Positions 14,201 to 24,699 of a DNA stretch of 64,000 nucleotides are shown piece after piece. Each line of letters begins with the position of its first letter. Position 1 is the first letter of the stretch. Source of the DNA: Mobula hypostoma (lineage: Eukaryota); assembly GCF_963921235.1 (NCBI RefSeq), contig NC_086100.1:39742001-39806000 (forward strand). The letters are read 5' to 3'. The notes under the pieces are model-generated. The model saw nothing but the letters and a program-made list of their open reading frames with translations, made no database searches and was not told the DNA's origin. The position numbers and the translations under genes were made by a program.

Positions 14201-17200
14201 TTTGGGGTTCTCTAAAAGAACGTGTTCCACAGTTCAAACTATAGTTCTTTGCAAGCCGGTGGGTTTTTGGACCAGCCGTGCGCCCTGACACTTCGTTATA
14301 TCCAGACGTGGCCTGGAAGACATGCACCTGCATGGACTGACCTGTAGATGACCTGGCTCCTCACTGATTTCATGAATTGAAGCACTGTAGGGGACTAAAA
14401 CAGCGAGAGAGGCGGCGTGCACTGCTATCGGAGGGAGGCCCCTGTATTCCATTGACCCTTCTGAGAGAGGGCAACAGCCTATCAGTCATCGAGTCATGGA
14501 AGACTAACATCAGAACAGTGAGTTGTGGTCTCCCCTTTTGCTATTGCTGGGGCAATATCTCTCTCTCTCTCTCCCTCCCCCCCCCCTTGTGGGGGGGGGG
14601 GAGCCTGTCTAACATATCAAAATGCTGGATTATGGACTAGTTGATGATTGACTCTAGATTAAGGTCTCTTGGGAAGGGGGGTGCTTTTGTAATTGCTTGC
14701 ATGGTGGGGGATGGAGCAAGAGAAGGAGGGCTTTGGGGTTCTGATCTTTATCTTCATTCTATGGGGTTTCTTGTTTTGAGGATGTCTGTGAAGAGTAAGA
14801 ATTTCAGGTTTCTGCTGTATATATTCTAATATTAAATTGAACCATTTGTAAGACCATTGCTATCACAAGACATACTAAGCAAGCCCTTCACTTGAACTGC
14901 TAAAGCCTTGACCTACACTACCGCTTAGACTAGAGTCCAGGAAAGTCACGAAACTAATTAAAGCTTGTATCTTCAACTATTCTATGGCCTTTCTGGAACA
15001 AACTTGCAAACAATAGATACAAAAGTTTATCATTTATAAATCTTCTGACATCCTTCAATGGACCACCAGTTTTCCTTGGCCCACTAAAGTCAGATGCATT
15101 TAATTACATTAACTTACCTTCTCAAAGGTGAAGTTTACAAATCCAGAATTAAACTGCAAATTAATCCAAGCAGTAACATTTCCACACTTCCCTGAAACCA
15201 CCGTTTTGCTCGGCGGAACATTGAAGTACAAATTCTGTGAAAAGACAATGATTGCAGCTTGACATTGTTTCATTGGCATTTCTGTTCAAAAAAATTGAAA
15301 TTAACATACCAGGATACTATAGAGATAAATACAGACTAGGGTAACAACGTGAAAGTGTTTTGTATTGTTGGTTTAATTAGAACTATATTCACATATACCA
15401 ACTGCAATTATACAAAAACTTCTATTTTAGATTAGTGCCATGGTTGCTCAGCTTTTCATTGGACTTAGATCACAATCTTAAGCGCTTTTTTTTTAAAAAA
15501 AGGAGGGTTTTAAATTGTTGCTATAAATTTCAGTGAGCACCCTTTCCAATTCTGTCAATTTGCCATTAGCTTTGTGATATTGCAATCACAAAATTTCACG
15601 GGTACACTGCTGTAGAGTCAATAAGTGACAAAATAATGCTGTGGACAAGACAATCAGCTCTTTGCAGAAATCGGCACACAGAGCTATGGTTACCTGCATC
15701 CAGAGCCAAATCAAAACTGCAAAAGTTCAATGAAGGATTCTGCACAAAGTAGATCTCAGCATCTTATTCATGATGATAAAACAATTTAAAAACACAGTAA
15801 TTTCAGAGGACGTGTACCTAAACTTTACGATTGATTTTTGACATTTGTCATGGGGAAAATAACAAGCAACAAGAAAATTAGCATTTTAGGCTTCATCAAA
15901 TGTGAATGTGCAAATGAAAAAATTATTTTTCCCATTGAACAATTTATCCACAGGGCCCTTAGAACAGAAGCATAAAACACTTCCGAACCGGGAGACCACA
16001 GTCTGTGCAGATCAGAAATGTCACCACCTCGCTGACAATCAACACTGGCGCAACCTCAAGGATGCACTTAGCCCACTGCTCTCCTCTCTACATCCATGGC
16101 TCAGATCAAATGCCATCTGAAGTGGCAGACAACACATCTAATGTTGGCAGAATTTCAGATGGTGATGAGAAGGTGTGCCAGAGCGAGAAATCAGCTAGTT
16201 GAGTGGTGTCACAGCAATAATCTTGCACTCAGTGTCAGTAGGACCAAACAATTGATTATGGACCATAGAAGGGCAAGACGAGGAACACATGGTAGTCCTC
16301 CAAGGGAGCAGAACTCAAAAAAGTGAGCAATTTTCTGGGCGTCAACATGGAGGATTTATCTTGGGCCTAACTTATCGAGGTAGCTACGAAGAAGGCACGA
16401 CAGCAGCTATATTTCATTTGGAGATGAGGAGATGTGGTACATCACTAAAGGCTCTCACAAATTTCTATGGAGAGTTGAAATTGTGGAGAGTATTCCAACT
16501 GGTTGTACACCACCTGATACAAAGGAAGGGGGCACTGCACAGGATCAAAGTAAGCCACAGAAAGTTGCAAATCAGTCAGCTCCATCATGGGCACTAGCCT
16601 CCCAGCATCCTGGACATCAAGGAGCAATGAGGAGACTCAAAAAGGTGGAATCGATCATCGAGACGGCACCCAAGAATGCCCTCTTCTCCTTGTTACCATC
16701 AGGGAGGTGGCACAGAAGCCTGAAGACACACTCAATGATTCAGGAACAGTTTCTTCCCCTCTGCCATTGGACATTGAATCCATGAACGTTACTTTTTTTG
16801 CACTACTTTAATATAAATTTTTAATGTATATTTATTGTAATTCAGTTTTTATGTATTGCAATGTGCAAATTTCACAACACATGCTGATGATATTGAACCT
16901 GATACTGATTCTAACACAGCAGCCGACTCTTCCAGGAGTCAAAGAACTCCTTTTGAGCATGTTAAATCCAGAACTGATGTTCCTTGCTCAGCTTCTTGGT
17001 GTAAACAAGAATCAAGTTAAAGGACAACTCTGCATGCAAACAGCACAGTCTATAGAGCACACGCTGCTGGCCCACAGCTCAGGGTTGGCTACTCAGAAGA
17101 CGACTTAAGACAATGGTGTTTTGTTAATTGGGTCTGCATCAATCCAGACAACATTGGCTAAGTTATTTAGTTCAAGGAAGCTTACAGACCAGACCAGTAC

Positions 17201-20200
17201 TATCACTTAGCACATCAAATAGCTGATCTATCAATAATTGGGAGATCTGTGTACTCAGTCAGCCCTCACAGCATTAAAGTTGGGTGTTTAGGATCTGTTC
17301 TCAGAAGCTTTTGGACCATCTGTGGGAATTTCCCCCAAAGGTATCTGAAAAATATACGTGTGAATTCATTAAGTAGCCAAAAAAGTACAAATGTAAGAGC
17401 AAACAAGCTTGTTAGGAATGGTCAAGAGATAAGAAGAATGACAGAAAGATGGGGTGATTAGAATCTATTCTTCTGCCTTCCATTTCTGTAATAGACAACA
17501 CATTCTTTCTACAACTTGTTGACATATCTTTAGTTTAAAGGAATTGTACCCATGTTTGAAAAAATCATTTGGTTTAGAAATAGTTTGTAGCACAAGTTTG
17601 AAGACCTGAGCTTCAAATATGTTTCAAGAATTTTATCTAAATTTAAACATGTATCACACAAAATAAATGAACTGTATGTTGAAACTATTTTGTTAGTTGG
17701 AAGCATCTCCTTGTTAGTGGGGGGGGGGGAAGAAGCGAAGAGGGCACCACTTAAATAGTGGGTATTGGCTGCTGAGCTAGCCGAAAAAAATAAACAGGGA
17801 AATGATCTAGCCTTTGAAGAGTAGGCGGCTGCAGTATAACTTCTTTACTGAGGGTACATGCAGCAACCTGCATCAGATAGGGGCTTAAAATCTTCATTTA
17901 CATTCAGAGCTTCACAAACAGCAAACCCAACACCACAACAATACAAAAACGCTATTGGAGACAACTAATACCATTACCAATCAATAAAATCATCAATATC
18001 AGCCGTGTTGGTTCAATCCACCTTCAGCGCTCTCCATTTAAAAGGAAGCAGACAACTACTTGTGGCCGAGACCCTTTGTCAGGACTAAATGAAAGAAGAG
18101 ATAGTAAGAGATTTGAAAGTTGGGGGGGGAGGGGGGAAAAGGAGATCCAAAATGATAGGAGAAGACAGGAGGGGATGGAGCTAAGAGCTGGAAAGTTGAT
18201 TGGCAAAAGGGATACAAGGCTGGAGAAGGGACATGGGATGGGAGGCCTAGGGAGAAAGGAAGTGGGAAGGGAGCCCAGAGGAAGGACAAGGAGTTATAGT
18301 GAGAGGGACAGAGGGAGGGGAAAAAAAAGAGGAAAAAAGGGGAAAAATAATAATAAATAAATAAATAAGGGATGAAGGGATGGGATTCGAAGGGGAGGTG
18401 GGGTATTAACGGAAGTTAGATAAGTCAATGTTCATGCCATCAGGTTGGAGGCTACCCAGACGGAATATATGGTATTGTTCCTCCAACCTGAGTGTGGCTT
18501 CATCTTGACAGTAGAGGAGGCCATGGATAGACATATCAGAATGGAAATAGGACATGGAATTAAAATGTGTGGCCACTGGGAGTTCCTGCTTTCTCTGGCG
18601 GACAGACCGTAGGAGTTTACCGAAACGGTCTCCCCACCTGCGTTGGGTCTCGCCAATATATAGAAGGCCACACCGCGTTCACCAGCATTTTTTGTGTGTG
18701 TTGCTTGAATTTCCAGCATCTGCAGATTTCCTTGTGTAAGTGACCGACTAGTCTCATTTCTGCTTCATTATCACTGCTACAATTGGTATTGAAATCTGCT
18801 GCAGGACAAAGTTGGGAAAATCATTACCAACCCATAAAACTAGTTAGGTTGTCCCTTCCAACTGGATTTTCAACAGCCTGATTATGGGAGGTATATGCAT
18901 TTGAACTTGCAGTAGTGAGACTTGTAGAGCAACTCGGTTTAGGATGCAATTACTTTTCTCATTGTCTCAGCAAATTCCAGCTCATGGTCTTTATGGAATC
19001 TGGTTCTAACTTGTAGTTAGACAGATGATCTCAGGAAGGATCCCAATTCATTAGGTTGAAGAAAGGTAGCATTGTTTACACTGTTTACAATTCATTGGGT
19101 GTGGGGGGGTGGGGGGGGGGCAGGGGAAGGTGCCTGTGGAAAGGTGAAGGAAGATGACTAACCTGTTCATTTACCACAAGTTCCTCTGCAAGTTGCAAAG
19201 GTGCAGACAAGATTCACAAGGATTTTACCAGAACTTAGAGCTCAAGTTTGAGTAGCTGGATAGGTCCTTAGCAGGCTTATTTCTCCAGAGCGTAGGGGAA
19301 GTGTTACTGAAGTATAAAGTTGTGAGGGCATCAATAAGGTGAATGGTCAGCTATTTCCTAGTACAAAGGAGTTGAAAACTAGAGGGCATGGTCTCAAAAT
19401 GAGGAACACATGGCCAAAACATCTCACACACAGCATGAGAGATAGATGGAACAAGCTGCCAATGGAAGTGGTAGAGGCAGGTACAATTACAAAGTTTAAG
19501 AGGCAACTAAGTACACAGATACAAAGGATTTGGATGTGGATAAATGGAACCAGCTCAGATAGGCACTTGCTTCGCATGGACATTGTGGGGCCATTACTGT
19601 ACTAAACTATGACTAGTCTCTTAAGAACTTGAGCAGTGTAATGATATTGATTGGTTAACTCTGCTTAACACATCCAATCTGCACCAATCATTTGTTTCAA
19701 GGAACTCCTTTCAACTTCTGGTAAAAGAATAGAGGCATAAAATGAATATAACTTACTTCAGACTTTGTGGCAACAATTAATTGTATTCCAATGGCCATCT
19801 TGATGCAAATAGTATTCTTCAAAGAAACATTGTAGAAGCCAGTTACTGGGATTGTAGCAGTCGGTGATAGTGTAGGGAGTACAGTTGGTGTACTTGTTGT
19901 ATTATGCTTTGCAGCAGTCGTGTTGGTCACAGGCACAGTCGTCGTATGGTTTGCAGCAGTCGTGTTGGTCACAGGCACAGTCGTCGTATGGTTTGCAGCC
20001 GTCACATTGGTTACAGGCACAGTCGTCGTATGGTTTGCAGTGGTCACATCGGTCACAGGCACAGTCGCCGTTTGGTTTGCAGCAGTCGTGTTGGTCACAG
20101 GCACAGTCGTCGTATGGTTTGCAGTGGTCACATCGGTCACAGGCACAGTCGTATGGTTTGCAGCCGTCACACTGGTCACAGGCACAGTCGCCGTTTGGTT

Positions 20201-23200
20201 TGCAGTGGTCGTGTTGGTCACAGACACAGTTGCCGCATAAAATGAGTTTCGGTTAAATGTTGTTTGAACTGGATTTGTCACTACAGCACTTCTGGCACAA
20301 CTTATAAACGGCACTGCAAGAAGAAACAAAAATTAATCGCTGCTGCACACAAGTTGGTTGTTGCAGAACTGCTCCCAAACTGGAAGCTTCAGAATGTTAT
20401 CTAGTAATTCCTGCTGGGCAAAGACTGAATTCACACCCCAGCTGATAAAAACTTCAGCAGTCGAGTAGCACGCAAACACCAAAACCCCAAACAGAAAACA
20501 AAACCTTCCTAAATATTGGTGCAACACAAGACATTTTATGAACCAGCACAATAGAGGTTGAAATTCTTTTGACTGGCAAATTTGGGACCCAATAATGCCA
20601 CACCAGAAACTGCTCCTCCAATTACCAGACCACAAAACATAGGAGCAGAATTAAGCCATTGACCCATCGAGTCTGCTCCGCCACTCAATTCTGGCTATCC
20701 TTTTATCCCCTCCTCAGTGCCAATCATCATCCTCTTTTGAAAAGCACTTTCAAAAAAAAAATTAAGTACACAGATAGTACACTGGTTGGTGAAGATTCCA
20801 CTCCTGAGGAATGTCAATAACTCAAAGTTTCCAGCAAAAAGCTGTACTGGTGTTTTAACTCATACTTTGTTCATTTACAATGAAATTGCTAGAGTTTGAA
20901 AATTAGATGTTTAAAAATGCTATTGCAGTCTAATTAAGCCCTTATTAATAATATGGAACCTAAAATATAGGGATGGTCATAGACCAAGTAATTTGAAGGC
21001 TAAGCATCCAGTTTAGTCTTGTGTACAGCAGTCACAATTTAACCATTTGCTTTTTCCAACCACAGGCAAACTGTTCTGCCAAAGCACTGAACTCTGCAGT
21101 CTAAGATGTTATTGTAATTCCTAAAACCCTAAAGGTCTTCAAAACAAATTCATTTCTAGACAGATTTAGTGTAATTAACAGCATTTAATCTTTCCTACTA
21201 CACAACTCTCAAGAAAAAGTTTCGTGGAATACTAAGCAAGAATGAAACCTTCATACAACTTTGATCACTGGCTGCTGTCTTTAGCCTAGGGCTAAAGGTT
21301 ACAATGGCTAGATCATTGGGAGTTTCCTTATTCTGGGAACAGAGGGTAACAGGAGGCAAGTCCTGGTGCACATTATCATGATCATATTGAATAATAGGGT
21401 TAGCCTGAGAAACCACATGGTCTATGTCTGCTCCCATTTTCAGTTCATGAATTATTAGTTCTAGTTTTCTCTTAGGAAACAGACACCCTGATGGTAGGAA
21501 AAGAAAGAAACGAGAGTTAGTTCTCTGGAGAAAGGAAGGTATAAAGAGCACCAAATGGGAAAGTGAATGCAAGAAAGCATTGAGAAAGTAGCTGCATCTC
21601 AAATTTAATACACAGAAAACTAAGATGGAAAATCTTTAAGGCAGAGGAAAATGAAACCTGTATTTAATGTCAGATAAATATGGGATTACAATCTGTTAAA
21701 TCTACCCTATAAATCCAAAAATTGCTGTACCACGTATTGCTGGACCAGTTGTTAATCCATTTTATAATTAAGTTACTTCTGTTCTAAAAAAGATGGTTAG
21801 ACAATGTCTATTTAAACCCTTAACCAGGATGACGATCTGTTGAAGTTATACTAAAAGCCAATGAATTGCAACCATCTTTAAAACTAAAGAGGGAAAGCAG
21901 CAGAGAGGGAATAGAGAGGGGTAGTTGCTTCTGTGTTAAAACAATAACCATTTTACACAATGAGCATGCAGTCAAGGTTACGCAAATACAAATGTAATGT
22001 TGATTAAGATAAAGAAGGTTTGCACAAGCAGAGAAAAGAAGGGTCACAAGCTGCAGAGAAAGGAAGGATCACAGGCTACGATGAGTGTGGCAGGAAACAA
22101 AATTTCACAACCAAATCAGGATGGTGCAGTTAGCATGTTCCTGGGCATCTGTTCCCTTAATAGTTATCATGGTATAATGAGCAGAATTCTACAGATGGTG
22201 GAAATCCAGAGCAACACACACAAAATGCTGGAGTAACTCTGCAGGACAGGCAGCATCCATGGAGAAGAATAAACAGCTGATGTTTCAGTCCCAGATCTTT
22301 CATCAGGACTGGATAAGTGGGGGGGGGGGGGAAGGGAGAGGGAGAGAGAAGAGGAAGGCAAGCCTGAAATCAGTGGGATACAAACTGGCAGGTGATGGGT
22401 GAAATCAGGTGAGGGAGAAGGTGAGTAGGTCAGGAAAGGAAGTGGGGAGAAGAAGAGATGAAGCAGAAAACCTAGAGATGACAGATGGCAGTAGTAAGGC
22501 CTGAAGGAATCTGATAGGCGAGGGGAGTGGACAGTGGGAGAAAGGGAAGGAAGAAGGGCCCTGCAGAGAGGTGATAGGCAGGAGGAAGAGTTGGGGCAAA
22601 AGGGGAACCAGAATGGGGAATGGAAAAAGGGAGAAGGTAGAAATGAACATAAATTATCCTGTACTCCTTCCCCTCCCCCAATCTTCTTACTCTGGTATTC
22701 CCCCCACTCCTCCTTTTCCAGTCTGACACGATGTTGCAACCTGAAACATCGACTGTTTTTTCCTCTTCACAGATACTGCCTGATCTGCTGAGTTCCTCCA
22801 GCACTTTGTGTGTTTCATAGTACAATTAATTAGGAAAAGTGGCTTTGTCAGGGAAGTACAAGTAAAAATGTTGCCACGGATATGATTCAGCAAATATATT
22901 TCAAACTTTAAAATAATTACACAATAGTTATTTGGTAAAGAGGAAATTACTTTTGCCCCTAAATGTACAGGGATGGAGAATTAAAAACACTCAACCAAGA
23001 TAAAATTGGAAGTTAATTCAAGATCTTATGTAAACGTTACAGATACAACTACAATACACTCAACTCGTTCATAAACAAAGACTGTTGAACAGGCTTGTAT
23101 TTCTATAAACGCAAAGGATGAAGTATGTATTACTAATTTATTCACCTAGAACCACACCACCGACCCACTCTAGACCAAGACTTGGTGAGTCTGCAGAAGG

Positions 23201-23670
23201 GCAAGTGGCTGCCGGGTTCTTGGAAATATTCTTCGGCAGCGATCACGTATACTGCACATTAACTGCTCCTTCACCACACAAAATCCAATACTTTCTTAAA
23301 AGGTTTTTCGGTGGCTCATAAAATGTCGTACAGACCAATTTGAGGGAGGTGAGGAGAGGAGCCTCCAAATGTTGGTGTTTTCCGCATTCCTCCACTAAAC
23401 TGACCCAAGTCCTCCCCGGCGGTACGACTTCAGTTCAGCAGACAATGAACAAATTGCACCTACAGGATTTTCACCTCGAGCCGTTGCTTCCGCCACCCCA
23501 CCCCCATCACCAAAGAAATCCAGCAACCCGTTTCCCCCGGCGAAGGCCGCCTCTACTGATCCCACTCCAGGAACGGGAGCCACAGCACTCAAAAAAAAAT
23601 GGGAACTTAAAGCAGCTTGAATAGACTCACCCAACAGAGCCAAGGCGGCAATCGCGACCAAGTTCTTCAT
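5081..23670 (-). CDS. LAMP3: Lysosome-associated membrane glycoprotein 3 (DC-LAMP/CD208), 6 coding exons: 23670-23631, 20313-19757, 15234-15118, 13049-12989, 7930-7757, 5220-5081; 1089 nt, 362 aa
   Basis: All introns are GT-AG and the phases (1,0,0,1,1) join into one open frame. Architecture is signal peptide, Thr-rich stalk, single 4-Cys LAMP domain, TM helix and GYEAL tail. The motifs TGFYNV..CIK..GIQLIV, GFVNFTFEKD..YYIS and GHSYKC match LAMP3 as I recall it better than CD68 or LAMP1/2. Confidence 0.9.
6950..7060 (+). mobile_element. Degenerate PLE 3' terminus
   Basis: Reads CTGATGAAGGG...gagttcctccagcattttgtgtg...ttccagcatctg. Confidence 0.65.
7388..7458. mobile_element. 71-bp PLE-terminus mini-insertion with 9-bp TSD AATTCAAGG
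   Basis: Direct repeats at 7379-7387 and 7459-7467; begins caacacacaaaatgctgg. Confidence 0.65.
7757..7930 (-). CDS. LAMP3: LAMP3 exon 5 (DKTYHGI...GHSYKC...QVQAFNISGGMFGK)
   Basis: Acceptor ttgttttacag, donor G|GTAAG, 174 nt; LAMP signature motifs GxSYxC and QAF...FG. Confidence 0.93.
7987..11499 (-). mobile_element. Near full-length Rex1/Babar-clade LINE (APE + RT), frameshifted, in LAMP3 intron 4
   Basis: APE pieces (10204-10782: LANVQ..ENK, FTETWL, AGDFN). RT ORF 8469-9806 has [20 protein letters not shown] and KFADD. The 5' end is AAGATGGCG. Confidence 0.9.
11667..11746. mobile_element. Short hAT-like MITE
   Basis: TIRs CAGGGATTCCCAAC / GTTAGGAACCCCTA, with imperfect 8-bp flanks ccttaagt / acttatgt. 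Confidence 0.55.
11925..12250 (+). mobile_element. Rex1-type LINE 3' fragment
   Basis: Encodes a degenerate HP...FTLLPSGRRYKSLKVRFTRFKDCFY motif. Confidence 0.65.
12989..13049 (-). CDS. LAMP3: LAMP3 exon 4 (DGNQYYISGIRVTLHSTNNL)
   Basis: Acceptor ctgcttgcag, donor G|GTAACT, 61 nt; phase fits both neighbours. Confidence 0.85.
14235..14850 (+). repeat. Interspersed repeat of unknown class; shares its 3' end with 12330-12530 and 56290-56480
   Basis: Shared tail ctatggggttt...aagagtaagaatttcaggtt...attaaattgaacc. Confidence 0.6.
15118..15234 (-). CDS. LAMP3: LAMP3 exon 3 (NLYFNVPPSKTVVSGKCGNVTAWINLQFNSGFVNFTFEK)
   Basis: Acceptor cttttcacag, donor AAG|GTAAGT, 117 nt, phase 0/0. It contains the LAMP SGxC motif and is too short for the ORF track. 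Confidence 0.92.
15990..16915 (+). mobile_element. Decayed Rex1-type LINE RT fragment
   Basis: Remnants include LVEWCHSNNLALSVSRTKQLIMD and LFSLLPSGR. Confidence 0.75.
18064..18737 (-). mobile_element. Penelope-like fragment (GIY-YIG end and terminal repeat) with an inverted 3' terminus at 18674-18737
   Basis: Minus strand encodes CGLLYIGETQRR..DRF; the hammerhead is truncated before GAAA. Confidence 0.8.
19180..19610 (+). mobile_element. Decayed CR1 LINE 3' fragment
   Basis: Remnants KTRGHGLK...WNKLPMEVVEAGTITKFKRQL. Confidence 0.7.
19757..20313 (-). CDS. LAMP3: LAMP3 exon 2 (mucin-like repeat and start of LAMP domain)
   Basis: Acceptor ttcttcttgcag, donor GAA|GTAAGT; lies within ORF 19697..20329. 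Confidence 0.92.
19910..20221 (-). repeat. Coding minisatellite, about 7.5 x 42 nt (14 aa VT[N/D/S][T/V]T[A/T]AN[H/Q]T[T/A]TVP; one 39-nt unit)
   Basis: Repeat is directly visible in the DNA and in the exon 2 translation. Confidence 0.95.
22179..22814. mobile_element. Penelope-like insertion made of two inverted termini, with degenerate 12-bp TSD
   Basis: Minus-oriented terminus 22179-22640 and plus-oriented terminus 22660-22814. Flanks are tcatggtataat (22167-22178) and tcatagtacaat (22815-22826). Confidence 0.7.
22274..22311 (-). ncRNA. PLE hammerhead motif in LAMP3 intron 1 (core intact, stems degenerate)
   Basis: Reads CAGUC-CUGAUGA-A-AGAUCUGGGACU-GAAACAUC-AGCUG. Confidence 0.5.
23631..23670 (-). 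CDS. LAMP3: LAMP3 exon 1 (signal peptide MKNLVAIAALALL+G)
   Basis: ATG at 23670, hydrophobic signal peptide, consensus donor G|GTGAGT. Phase 1 joins exon 2 to give V-P-F-I-S-C-A. Confidence 0.88.
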
Positions 23671-23830
23671 AATGTTCAGGTACAGTTTACTCGTATCAAA
23701 AACTCCCGTTTGCAACCTACTCTCTCTTAACTACTTGCGTAGCAATAAAAACACTCAAGTCACGAGGTATGGAAAGGGTGGGGACAGGTAGGAAATGAGG
23801 TCGAATATGAGCCAGCCAATTCTCACTTGC
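23671..23830 (-). promoter_or_regulatory. LAMP3 5' UTR / proximal promoter with CLEAR-like GTCACGAG (23759-23766) and CCAAT box (23816-23820)
   Basis: Unique, locally CpG-richer sequence directly upstream of the ATG; motifs read by eye. Confidence 0.4.
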
Positions 23831-24699
23831 TAGGGTTGCATTGCTGAAATAGACATGCAACTGACTTGGTCGACAACGAATTTCTCCAATTTACCTACTA
23901 ATCTTTAACTGTGTCTTACGATGATGTGACACTAAACCTATCTCCTTCCAGCGTTACTTTAGATTAGTTTCTTGTCATGTACGCTAGAGTATAACAACAT
24001 TGGAATTGGTTTATCGGTGTGTGTACTGGGACCTAGTGAAAAGTTTGTCTTGCATACTGTTCATACGAATCAAATTATTACACAGTGCACTGAGGTAGAA
24101 CAAGGCAAAACAAAAACAATGCAGAATAAAGTGTAACATCTACGGAGAAAGTGCAGTGTAGATAAACAATAAGGTACAAGATCATAATGGGGTAGATGGT
24201 GAGGACAAGGGTCCATCTTATCATGCCAGGGAATCATTCAATAGTCTTATACCATTAGGGTGGAAACTGTTCTTGAGCCTGTGTCTTTACTCTATTTAAA
24301 TAAAGGCACAATTTTATTTGTAGCCTTAAATAGATCTGAATAATTCTTGCAATTATTTGTCACTGCTTTTAATTTGCAGTTTCTATTTTCTTTCTTTGTG
24401 CATCGTAAATAAAAAAAAATCTTTATAGTTTCTACGCAATGGCCAGCTGGGGATCTGGTTTGGGACCCAAGGTGGTATCCCAAAAAAATTTGGACCTACT
24501 GCTATAGACCGAGTCCATAGAAGCTCAAACAAATTCCTTGTTTACATGAAGCTCACAGGAGTAACATGTATACATAGTAGTAATAAATAGCAGCAATAAA
24601 TATAATAACAAGCTCAAAGCAAAATGATGGACAGCTTGCAATTGCAATTTGAAATAATTAAAAATGAAATGCTAGAGTGACAATAATAGAATAACCAGG

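Noticed and set aside
19910-20221. Regularly spaced repeats resembling a CRISPR array
   Set aside because: The units are contiguous with no unique spacers and lie in frame in a eukaryotic exon.
19885-20256. Three plus-strand repetitive ORFs (106-123 aa)
   Set aside because: They are antisense shadows of the stop-free 42-nt repeat in LAMP3 exon 2.
22167-22825. Several Pro/Ser/Phe-rich or Gly/Glu-rich ORFs (also 18024-18360, 35682-36254, 48017-48896)
   Set aside because: They arise from the purine/pyrimidine-biased PLE terminal repeat and show no protein signature.
23395-23715. 106-aa ORF over LAMP3 exon 1
   Set aside because: Only 23670-23631 is exonic; the rest reads through a consensus GTGAGT donor into the intron.
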